NCBI RefSeq assembly: GCF_045037415.1
Contig: NZ_CP173438.1
Length of the DNA: 64,000 nt
Origin: Escherichia coli
Lineage (GTDB): Bacteria > Pseudomonadota > Gammaproteobacteria > Enterobacterales > Enterobacteriaceae
Strand: one strand, 5' to 3'
Shown here: piece after piece, positions 20,510-28,661 of the stretch
How the letters are laid out: the number at the start of each line of letters is the position of its first letter
Position numbering within the stretch: position 1 is the stretch's first letter
Position numbers and translations under genes: made by a program
Notes under the pieces: generated by a model
The model's database searches: none
The model's input: only the letters and a program-made list of their open reading frames with translations
Told to the model about the DNA's origin: nothing

Positions 20510-21914
20510 CGCGATTGCACTGTACAGCGTTGACGCAGAACAGGCTGTTCTGGGCTGTCTGATGCTGAATACCGACCACGACAGAACCAATGCGGTATTT
20601 GCGTTACTGAAACCGGAAACGTTTTATATCAATGCGCATCAGGTTATCTACCGGGAGATCAAAGGATTATTTCAAGCTGATAAACCAACTGACCTGATAA
20701 CACTGACCGAACTGATGGAATCGAAGGGGCTGTATGAGCGCGTGGGGGGATTCGCATACCTGGCTGAAATGAGTAAGGCGGCGATTCCGGCCTCAATGGT
20801 CAACTACGCGAAAATTGTACGTGAAAAAGCCATTCTTCGTTATGCCGTGGAAAAGTTGAATTCTTGTCTGGAGATTATGATCCAGCCTGCAGATATGACT
20901 GCTACTGACAGGATCACCGCCGTTCAGCAAGTGATTGGGCAGGTGGCCGAACATTCCCGTACCGGGCATAAGGGCGGTTTGCGTCCGGCAAGTGAAGTCG
21001 TCGATGACTGGATAGATGACCTTGAGCGCCGTTTCAATGATCCAGCACATGCAGCCGGACTAACGCTCGGAATCGAAAGCCTTGATCGCTTAATGGCACC
21101 AAAGCAGGCGTTAAGAGGTTCATTGGTCGTTATTGGTGCCCGGCCAAAAATGGGCAAGACAGCCGCGTTTAATAAAATTGCGGTGCATTTTGCTCTGAAT
21201 CATCGTTTGCCGACGCTGGTATTTAGCCTGGAAATGACTGACAGAAGTCTCATTGAACGCATGGTTGCGCAGGAAGCAAAGGTCAATTCGGAGATTTTTT
21301 ATCTTGGCCCTAACGATGAATCTGAATTGAGTCTCGCAATAGCAAAGGCGGGGGAGATTGCCGAATCCAACATGATGATTGACAGCACGGCAGGTGTAAC
21401 CCTTGCGCATATTGTCGCTGAATGTCGAAAAGTTAAACGGATGCGTGGCTCGGTTGGCCTGGTGGCAATTGACTATTTGACGCTGATGAAGACCGAATCG
21501 GCAGAGCGTAGGGATATTGCGTATGGCGATATCACAACCGGTTTGAAGAACCTGGCAAAAGAGCTGGATTGTGTTGTGGTCCTGCTGACGCAACTCAACC
21601 GAAAGCTTGAAGAACGTGCCGATAAGCGGCCTAACCCGAGCGACAGTAAAGATACCGGGCAGATCGAACAAGATTGCGATGTCTGGATTGGCCTCTATCG
21701 TGATGCTGTTTATAACGAAAATGCCGACCCAAATCTCATGGAAATGTTGCTACGTCTGAACCGCGAAGGACCATCGGGAACAGCCTATGCCCTGATGAAA
21801 AATGGCTCAGTTATTGATATCAGCGATGAGGAGGTTTATCGCCTTACCAACGACCGCTCAGAAAAAAATAAACGTTATTCCCGTAGCGATAATTCTCGCA
21901 CAAATGAATTTTAA
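20499..21914 (+). CDS. DnaB-family replicative helicase
   Basis: Start MINNAIALYSVDAEQAVLGCLML. Walker A GARPKMGKT. Conserved DnaB C-terminal motifs. Confidence 0.9.
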   Translation: MINNAIALYSVDAEQAVLGCLMLNTDHDRTNAVFALLKPETFYINAHQVIYREIKGLFQADKPTDLITLTELMESKGLYERVGGFAYLAEMSKAAIPASMVNYAKIVREKAILRYAVEKLNSCLEIMIQPADMTATDRITAVQQVIGQVAEHSRTGHKGGLRPASEVVDDWIDDLERRFNDPAHAAGLTLGIESLDRLMAPKQALRGSLVVIGARPKMGKTAAFNKIAVHFALNHRLPTLVFSLEMTDRSLIERMVAQEAKVNSEIFYLGPNDESELSLAIAKAGEIAESNMMIDSTAGVTLAHIVAECRKVKRMRGSVGLVAIDYLTLMKTESAERRDIAYGDITTGLKNLAKELDCVVVLLTQLNRKLEERADKRPNPSDSKDTGQIEQDCDVWIGLYRDAVYNENADPNLMEMLLRLNREGPSGTAYALMKNGSVIDISDEEVYRLTNDRSEKNKRYSRSDNSRTNEF

Positions 21915-21952
21915 CCACGCCTGACCAGCGTGAAATAACCGAGGAAAGACCA

Positions 21953-22363
21953 ATGACCACCACTCCAGGCAAATTAGAGTACCCGTCGGACAAAGGACAC
22001 ATAGACGACGGTAAAAACTATCTCGACGTCATTTTGTGGAATATGAACGTCGGGCCACGTGCGCGCACTCGCGCGGTTTTTGTGCCAAGACCTAAAGCAG
22101 GCAATTTTTCAACCCCTGCTAAGCCTGCCCGTCAGGCATCCGTAGCCGCAGCGCCAGCAGTGAAACGTAAGGGCAAAACGCACACCGGGATCGCGATTCG
22201 CAGAAATGGTGAGCGGCAAGTGAAACTCCACGAAACAGCGACAACCTGGTGTGCCTCACCGCATGAAACTTACGACAAGATAACCGGGCAGCGCATTGGC
22301 GCGCCTGGTCGCTGCCGCCTGCTGCTGAGTTCCATCACTCCGATAGCAAAGAAAGGGGCGTGA
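21953..22363 (+). CDS. hypothetical protein
   Basis: 136 aa. Preceded by the second GCCTGACCAGCG ... GAGGAAAGACC-A-ATG cassette. Confidence 0.6.
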   Translation: MTTTPGKLEYPSDKGHIDDGKNYLDVILWNMNVGPRARTRAVFVPRPKAGNFSTPAKPARQASVAAAPAVKRKGKTHTGIAIRRNGERQVKLHETATTWCASPHETYDKITGQRIGAPGRCRLLLSSITPIAKKGA

Positions 22364-22364
22364 T

Positions 22365-22601
22365 ATGGCCGGGCAATCAGATTACCTGCCGCCCGGCTTA
22401 CCACACAACCGCGCCAAATGGCCCCAGGAATACCAGCTTAAAGAGCACTACGACATGCGAGCGGCGGCGCTGATCCGCCAACTCTTTGAGAAACGTATTC
22501 CGAGGGGAAGCGTGATTGAGCAAATCGGAATGACGCCAGATACGTACCGGGAATTTTTCAGAGAGCGTCTGAACTACTGGAGAGGGGTGATGGAACAATG
22601 A
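22365..22601 (+). CDS. hypothetical protein
   Basis: 78 aa, tightly packed in the rightward early operon. Confidence 0.55.
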   Translation: MAGQSDYLPPGLPHNRAKWPQEYQLKEHYDMRAAALIRQLFEKRIPRGSVIEQIGMTPDTYREFFRERLNYWRGVMEQ

Positions 22602-22909
22602 AATACAAACGGTGGGTGCGTGCGGAAGTCGTAATCATCAAACAATGTGCGGGCAGCATGACAGTTGAACGTATAGGGCAGCTTATTGGCAGAACCGGTG
22701 CAGCGGTACGCACAAAAGCGCGCGAGCTGAAAATCTGTATGTATCTGCGGGGTAATTATCACCAGTCAGTGAAATACCTCCAGGAAGATATCGAGCTGGC
22801 AAGGGAATTACATCAGTCGGGTATTAATCGCCAGGATATCGCAGAAAAACTCGAAATGCCGATCGGAGCGGTGAATCAGTTTGTTTATTTTGAGCGGAGA
22901 ATTTCATGA
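22598..22909 (+). CDS. hypothetical protein with two HTH-like segments
   Basis: 103 aa. MTVERIGQLIGRTGAAVRTKAREL and INRQDIAEKLEMPIGAVNQF look like HTH motifs. 4-nt overlaps on both sides. Confidence 0.55.
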   Translation: MKYKRWVRAEVVIIKQCAGSMTVERIGQLIGRTGAAVRTKARELKICMYLRGNYHQSVKYLQEDIELARELHQSGINRQDIAEKLEMPIGAVNQFVYFERRIS

Positions 22910-23130
22910 AAGAACTTTTTCTTGCATTTGTGCCCCGGTTTATTAATGACCAGATCGCACTGACTGATAATGGTGAACAATATGAAATTGCCTGCAGCAT
23001 GGTGGATGTGAATCCTGGCGAACGGTATGACGCGATGTGTGACCTGAAAATATTTACCTGGCTGGGTTGGGCTATTCCGTGTGGAGAACCAACCAATATT
23101 CGTCCGTTTGAGAGCAGGGAGGCTGTATGA
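22906..23130 (+). CDS. hypothetical protein
   Basis: 74 aa, overlapping start and stop with its neighbours. Confidence 0.5.
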   Translation: MKELFLAFVPRFINDQIALTDNGEQYEIACSMVDVNPGERYDAMCDLKIFTWLGWAIPCGEPTNIRPFESREAV

Positions 23131-23317
23131 GTGAATTGAAAATACGTCGCAAGGCAATAGCACGCGTTAAAAATCTATTACCAGTGCCTGTCAAATATCG
23201 TTTTTGTGGTGGGAATGTACGGATTGGTACGGATGTATGGTGATTGCGGAGTGACGTAAAACGAATCGTTGTGGGTGTAATATCGTCAATATCATTGGTT
23301 TCCCGGAGGGAAAGGAC

Positions 23318-23539
23318 ATGTTTGGCGATAAACTGGAGTTACCACGGAACGGGCGGATAGTGCTCTATATTTCAGATTACAAAGTAACCCGGGCTGAGGT
23401 GTTGGAACCGGAAAAACATCTGGTCACGTTACCGGACATTATTGAGTTGTATAAGCGGGTCGGATATGTGGACTTGCATCGCGATGATGTTCCCGTTGAG
23501 TGTATGGAATGTGAACACCGGAGGTTTGAAGTTGATTGA
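23318..23539 (+). CDS. hypothetical protein
   Basis: 73 aa with a GGAGGG RBS. Confidence 0.5.
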   Translation: MFGDKLELPRNGRIVLYISDYKVTRAEVLEPEKHLVTLPDIIELYKRVGYVDLHRDDVPVECMECEHRRFEVD

Positions 23540-23540
23540 A

Positions 23541-23569
23541 TTGACTTAGAAAAAGTCCGGGGCTATAGT
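23541..23569 (+). promoter_or_regulatory. near-consensus sigma-70 promoter
   Basis: TTGACT-N17-TATAGT. Confidence 0.55.
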
Positions 23570-23575
23570 TTCCGC

Positions 23576-23650
23576 GCAGCCGCAAAATCGGTTGCCGGGA
23601 TTGGCGTCCCGGATATCTAAGTGACGCATAGCCGCGTTAGCGGTTTTTTT
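23576..23650 (+). ncRNA. candidate ~75-nt short transcript or attenuated leader upstream of the ant-like gene
   Basis: Runs from the predicted start after the promoter through hairpin CCGGGA-ttggcg-TCCCGG (23595..23612) to GCCGC-gtta-GCGGT plus T7 (23631..23650). Confidence 0.35.
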
Positions 23651-23811
23651 ATGTGTTAGGCACGGCCACATTCGCATTATGGTGGGCTGTGTGGGGGCTT
23701 CTGTGGAAGCGCCGGGTTCACTTAGCCGGTTACGCCAACCCTGCACAGCTCACCACCAGATGATTGGCGTCGCTGGTGGTGATGAAAAAAACACTAAGTG
23801 AGGCCACTGCG

Positions 23812-24600
23812 ATGACAGTCCAAATATCTGCGGAATCCCTTTCTCCGCTACATCATAACCAACTTCCCGTCATCACTACTGAATTGCTTGCCAGTTTGTA
23901 TGGCACGGAAGTAAATGGTATCCAGCAAAACTTCAAGCGCAACATCGCCAGATTTGTCGTAGGAAAGCATTTTTTTAAGCTGGAAGGTAATGAATTACGC
24001 GACTTCAAAAACAGACTGACAGATAGTCAGTCAGTTGCTAAACATACCCGATCCCTCATTCTCTGGACAGAACGCGGCGCAGCTCGCCATGCCAAAATGC
24101 TGGAAACAGAACAGGCCTGGGAAGTTTTCGAAAAGCTGGAAGATTGTTATTTTAGCCAGCGTCCAGAGAGGCGGAGTACAACTACCGATGACCGTACTCC
24201 CTTGCGTGATGCCGTTAATATACTGGTCGGCAAGAAAGGCATGATGTATCCCGATGCCTACACCATGATTCATCAACGCTTCGCCGTCTCTCACATAGAA
24301 CAACTGTCACAGACGCAAATGTTAGAGGCGATTGAATACATCCACTGCCTGCTACTCGATGAAAATCACCCAACCATTCCAGATTTTTCTTTTATCACCA
24401 CTATCAAAAATGGAAAAGTGACCGGGATGCGCCATGTTGCCAAAGGCGAACATCTGATGACCTTTGACGCTTTCAAAGAGATCGCTGAGCGGGCAGGGTA
24501 TCTGGTGATCCACAGCGACAATCTGCGAAGTATGACACTGGATAAATTGATGGTAATGGGGAAAAAGTCGGCTATATCCGTTGCTAATTCAGCATTTTGA
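23812..24600 (+). CDS. ORF6N-domain antirepressor-like (Ant/KilA-type) protein
   Basis: Start MTVQISAESL with a GAGG RBS. NQLPVITTELLASLYGTEVNGIQQNFKRNIARFVVGKHFFKLEGNELRDFK fits the ORF6N pattern. Confidence 0.65.
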   Translation: MTVQISAESLSPLHHNQLPVITTELLASLYGTEVNGIQQNFKRNIARFVVGKHFFKLEGNELRDFKNRLTDSQSVAKHTRSLILWTERGAARHAKMLETEQAWEVFEKLEDCYFSQRPERRSTTTDDRTPLRDAVNILVGKKGMMYPDAYTMIHQRFAVSHIEQLSQTQMLEAIEYIHCLLLDENHPTIPDFSFITTIKNGKVTGMRHVAKGEHLMTFDAFKEIAERAGYLVIHSDNLRSMTLDKLMVMGKKSAISVANSAF

Positions 24601-24628
24601 CAGGTTGTTTGGGGCGGAAATACTCTAT

Positions 24629-24710
24629 TTGCGCTTAAAAAGGTATTTGACCACGACCAGCACGAGACCGAATACCTCTGTCAAAGTACCGCCCATATAA
24701 AACAGTTACA
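24629..24710 (-). pseudogene. 3'-terminal remnant of a paralog of gene 28047..28652
   Basis: ~82 nt align without gaps to 28051..28132 with ~10 mismatches. Minus strand encodes ...YMGGTLTEVFGLVLVVVKYLFKRK*, versus ...YMGGTLTEVFGLVLVVTKYLFKRK* in the full gene. Confidence 0.65.
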
Positions 24711-24774
24711 TATGCACTTGATGACTAAGCTGGCACCAGGTTAACACCTGGCGCCAGCTTGAAGGAGACTTCAG

Positions 24775-25698
24775 TTATTGGTTTCTGAGGAAAGCGATTC
24801 TTGAAAGGGTCATTTGCGTCTGGCAGTCGACCATTTTCTTGACTTCAGCATCTGTTCCCTGCATTGAAACTTTACCGCACATAGCATCCTTAGTTTTGAT
24901 CCACTGACGCTGAGAAGGCAGCAAATCTTTTTTCTTCGCCGGGGTTAACTTGCTCCAGACGGTACTCAAATCAGAGTCGGCATTCGCAAATGCCATTCGG
25001 GACTGATCAAGGTTGTCAGCTTTTTGCGGCTGAAGTTGTGCCTGTCTCTCTATTTGCTTCTCCGCCTCATACTTAGCCTGTTCTTGCGCCCTGAGTTGCA
25101 CCTGTTGTTCCGCTTCAATTTGACTCTGTTGGGCATCCTTAGCCTGCTGGATTTTCTGCTGCTCAACGATCGGGGTGATAATGGAAAGCGATGTCAGTAA
25201 AGCGGCGCCCACTGATATCGGATTATCAGTAGAGGTTTTTACAAAAACGTTTTTCTGATCGTCGGTCGCCTGCACGGTGTAGGTGATACGTTTTGAAAAG
25301 GCGTTTGCGTTGTTCTCCAAAAACAGGCTTTCCATTTGCTTATCGAGATTACGATTAAAATTCTTTCTGTAAGCATCTGAAAGCTGGACGTACTCGTTCG
25401 CAGATAGAGTCATCGTCACGGTCCCTTCACAAGTTTTCATTGTGCTGCCCGTGTCACTTGATGTTGTGGAGATCTCAGAGATGGCTAGTTTGATCTTGTC
25501 CAGTGTGCTTCGTTTGGTCTGATTAGTGACATCAGGGTATTTATCGACCTGTTCAGAGAGTCCTTCATAAGCAGATTTTTTTAATAAATCCATGAGAGCT
25601 GACTGGGTTATTTCCGAAGAACAACCGATCTCATCTTTTTTGTTATCACAGCCTGTAAGGGCAATGGCGAGTAAGAGTACTGAGTATTTTAATCTCAT
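24775..25698 (-). CDS. lipoprotein with a DUF1311 (LprI-like) C-terminal domain
   Basis: Lipobox LLAIALTGC. Q-rich coiled-coil middle. C-terminal LPSQRQWIKTKDAMCG...C...R pattern typical of DUF1311. Confidence 0.75.
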   Translation of the reverse strand: MRLKYSVLLLAIALTGCDNKKDEIGCSSEITQSALMDLLKKSAYEGLSEQVDKYPDVTNQTKRSTLDKIKLAISEISTTSSDTGSTMKTCEGTVTMTLSANEYVQLSDAYRKNFNRNLDKQMESLFLENNANAFSKRITYTVQATDDQKNVFVKTSTDNPISVGAALLTSLSIITPIVEQQKIQQAKDAQQSQIEAEQQVQLRAQEQAKYEAEKQIERQAQLQPQKADNLDQSRMAFANADSDLSTVWSKLTPAKKKDLLPSQRQWIKTKDAMCGKVSMQGTDAEVKKMVDCQTQMTLSRIAFLRNQ

Positions 25699-26211
25699 GA
25701 ATTCCCTTTAGAGTAAGGATTGGTTTTTAAGACGCGGTCTGTAATCAGTCCCGAGAGCTACAGTAAACAACGCTGAGCACTGAACGCATCACAGGTAAGG
25801 TAAAAGGTGATATCGGCAAAGGCTGTGAAACCTTTAATTCAACAGATGGGAACGGTATGCGCAGGATCCTGTAACGACGCTCCCAAAACCGGAAACCTGT
25901 AAGGCATGTTTTCGCTGCTGAACTTAATATACGAACCTGCACTATCATGAACATATTTTATATCGTTATACCCCGAGTGATTGTGCCCGGCAATGGATAG
26001 TGTCCTGGAGGAACTATTTCTACTGTAAAAGGTAGATATTTAATTTCAGTTTTGAATTATTCCCTGCTGTTAATAACAATGGCTGTATATGGCACCGAGT
26101 AGGCATTTTTTCGCTTACTGAAGGGCAGCTGTGAGCGAGGAACAGACTTTCCCTACTTCGTTGAGAGTACACCTAGTACAATCAAGGCTAAATGATAAAA
26201 ATATACAAAAT

Positions 26212-26242
26212 ATCATATTTATGATATATATAATGGCATTAA
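26212..26242 (+). promoter_or_regulatory. palindrome plus MAL mini-ORF unit, copy 1
   Basis: ATCATA-tt-TATGAT followed by ATGGCATTAA. A near-identical unit occurs at 26798..26836. Confidence 0.3.
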
Positions 26243-26314
26243 TCTTATTCTTGGATTACGTTGAAAGGGTAATATTATATTTGTGTAACATAGTTTAGAT
26301 AACAATGCCGTTAT

Positions 26315-26322
26315 GGGGGGGG
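26315..26322 (+). repeat. homopolymeric G8 tract
   Basis: Eight consecutive G in a very AT-rich stretch, 3 codons after an ATG (26305). Separates two reading frames. Confidence 0.9.
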
Positions 26323-26797
26323 AAAGACATTTCAACATATTAGCTTTGTATCTAACGCTCATGTAGATCTCGATTTTGAACTTAAAGAACAATTATTTTT
26401 TAGAGAGCAAGGTATTTTTGGGGAACAAAAACATAAAGTAATGGAGAGAGGAGAATGTATCAAAAAATCATCGATTTAATTTAGATTGTCCGTATAGTTG
26501 GGGGTAAGTCGAATCGCTGGGCTACATGGAATATTGTGTCAAGTAAAAATATATTTCAATCTTGCAATAACCGATTGTTGAAAATAATGTCAAATCTTAA
26601 TGGTGAATGGGGAGAATATAATAAACATGAGTCGATATTATGCAAATGGATTTAAATATTTTATACCCGAAGACATAGGGTTTCGAGAGTTCGATGAGAC
26701 TACTTTGAATGCTTTCGAATTTGCTGGCTAAAACATATAGGTTATATCTTACATCTGTTTGTAATGGAGCGTAGATGCGACAAGCTACACCATAATA

Positions 26798-26836
26798 ATC
26801 ATATTATGATATATTGTTAAGTTGTTATGGCATTAA
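26798..26836 (+). promoter_or_regulatory. palindrome plus MAL mini-ORF unit, copy 2 (upstream of gene 26886)
   Basis: ATCATA-t-TATGAT followed 12 nt later by ATGGCATTAA. Confidence 0.3.
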
Positions 26837-26885
26837 ATAAAATTATGTCATTTTGTTAACCAAGCAAGAATCAAAGGACTTTTAG

Positions 26886-27584
26886 ATGGGTACGGCATTA
26901 ATTTCAAGCTTTATTAGTGGTGCAATAGCTATAATCTCTATTGCTATATCTACTTATAATCAGAATAGAATAAACAAGCTCAATGAATCACTGGATGTAA
27001 GGAGAAAACATCAGTACTATATTGAACCGTTAATTCGCTCAGCTTCAGACTTACAAAGCCGTATTTATAATATATTAGAATTGGGGTTCATTGAAGAGTT
27101 TTATCATAATGGGAATAAGCGCCAACAAGATTATGTTATCAACAATACTGTTTTTCTTTTTTCCCAGTTTTTTGCATGGACAGAAGCTGCCCGCATAGAC
27201 ATTCAATACCTTAGCCTAGAAAAAAATAAAAAAATGAGGGAGTTTATTAGATTACAGAACAATATTAACTCATTAATCCAAACAGACGTCTTTGGTCAGT
27301 ATTTTATGTTTTTCATAGGAGAGCAGAGAGCTATTGCAGAAAAGATGCTGATATCAACAGATACTGGATTTGATTGCATAGGTTACGGCAGTTTCACAAA
27401 GGAAAATTGCTTTATCAATGAGCCATTTTTTTTAGATTTAAACAATGAAGTGATAAATATGACAAGAGATATCGGAATTTATAAAGAAAGGCTAATCAGA
27501 ATACAGCACGCGTTAATCGATTTAATTAATTTTCTTGATCCTGGCATGATTCGATTTGACGGAAAAAAATATGGAAAAATATAA
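26886..27584 (+). CDS. membrane-anchored protein of unknown function (cargo gene)
   Basis: 232 aa with an AAGGA RBS. N-terminal TM helix ALISSFISGAIAIISIAISTY followed by a helical soluble domain. Very AT-rich. Confidence 0.65.
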   Translation: MGTALISSFISGAIAIISIAISTYNQNRINKLNESLDVRRKHQYYIEPLIRSASDLQSRIYNILELGFIEEFYHNGNKRQQDYVINNTVFLFSQFFAWTEAARIDIQYLSLEKNKKMREFIRLQNNINSLIQTDVFGQYFMFFIGEQRAIAEKMLISTDTGFDCIGYGSFTKENCFINEPFFLDLNNEVINMTRDIGIYKERLIRIQHALIDLINFLDPGMIRFDGKKYGKI

Positions 27585-27769
27585 CCCAGATGATTCGTAT
27601 CAAGGTAAGTTGCTATATGTATCAATTTAATTATGGTTGGGTGAAATTTATGTTAATAGTAGCGGAGGGTTAGTTAAAATATGCTCTCAGTGATTTTTGG
27701 ATAGTTCTTTTATTTATCATTGAAAGTAAATATGTATAGCTTCAAGATTTACAAGTGAATCTGTTTATT

Positions 27770-27801
27770 GACAGTCCGCTTATGGCACAGAGCGGACTGT
27801 C
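27770..27801. terminator. strong hairpin downstream of gene 26886
   Basis: Perfect 11-bp inverted repeat GACAGTCCGCT ... AGCGGACTGTC with a 10-nt loop and AT-rich flanks. Confidence 0.6.
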
Positions 27802-28046
27802 ATATTAAATTTGGCTCCACGCCATAGATGTGTCAGCTCATATCTTATCTAATACACACAATAACTTTCTCATTCTTGGAGAATTATTTTTTTAAGGGTA
27901 GGTGTTGACGTTAGAGCAAAAGAATGGTGATTTTTTTGATGTGTATTACGTTGGAACTGATGGGAATAACTATCTGTTTTCAACGCACTGCTAATTTATC
28001 AAGGCCCTTTGATCAGGGCCTTCGAAAGACTGTTGGACCGAGAGAG

Positions 28047-28652
28047 TTACTTGCGTTTAAAAAGGTATTTTGTCACGACCAGCACGAGGCCGAATACCTC
28101 TGTCAAAGTACCGCCCATGTACAACTGTAGTGTTAAATCCTCAAATTCCAGCTTACCTGCGCCGTCGGCAATAAATACACCATTCATTATCAGAAGTTGG
28201 AAAGCAAGGATAATCAGGAACCATTTCCCGTATCGTTTTTTTAGAGCGATTTCTGCTTCAAAATCTTTGTTGTTGAGTTGTTTGCGCTCATGCTCGGTAT
28301 CAAGTGAATTCACCTGTTTCACAGATGTGAACTCGGTCAAGATTTTACTCTCAGTACGGGTGACTTGTTGAGAGGGTGTAGCAGTTGGAATTCTTTTGCT
28401 AGACGCAGCTACAGCCATTTTGCGAGCTTCGGCAGCTCTTTTTCTGGCTATTCCGCGAATACGGACAGCCGTTTTTTTGGGGGCGTGCGAAACCTTTGGC
28501 TGAGGTGAAGCTTCGTCAGGAGACTGAACCGGAGTTTCATCGTCCTCCGGCTCAACCTCTTCTGCTAACTGACGGTGTAGGTTGAGGGAATCCTTCAGTC
28601 TGCGTGCTACTTCCTGTTTGAAACGGCTGTTAAAATCGTCATCCGATGGCAT
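28047..28652 (-). CDS. two-TM membrane protein with a charged, disordered N-terminal region (candidate effector)
   Basis: 201 aa. Hydrophobic helices WFLIILAFQLLIMNGVFIA and GGTLTEVFGLVLVVTKYLF. Starts 9 nt after the peptidase gene. Confidence 0.7.
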   Translation of the reverse strand: MPSDDDFNSRFKQEVARRLKDSLNLHRQLAEEVEPEDDETPVQSPDEASPQPKVSHAPKKTAVRIRGIARKRAAEARKMAVAASSKRIPTATPSQQVTRTESKILTEFTSVKQVNSLDTEHERKQLNNKDFEAEIALKKRYGKWFLIILAFQLLIMNGVFIADGAGKLEFEDLTLQLYMGGTLTEVFGLVLVVTKYLFKRK

Positions 28653-28661
28653 TTTAAAGCG

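Noticed and set aside
25745-25954. 69-aa minus-strand ORF upstream of the lipoprotein gene.
   Set aside because: It has no RBS and an odd composition. The position is better explained as the lipoprotein gene's promoter region.
27924-28371. Plus-strand ORFs 27924..28130 and 28009..28371.
   Set aside because: They are antisense to the better-supported 2-TM gene and cross its terminator hairpin.
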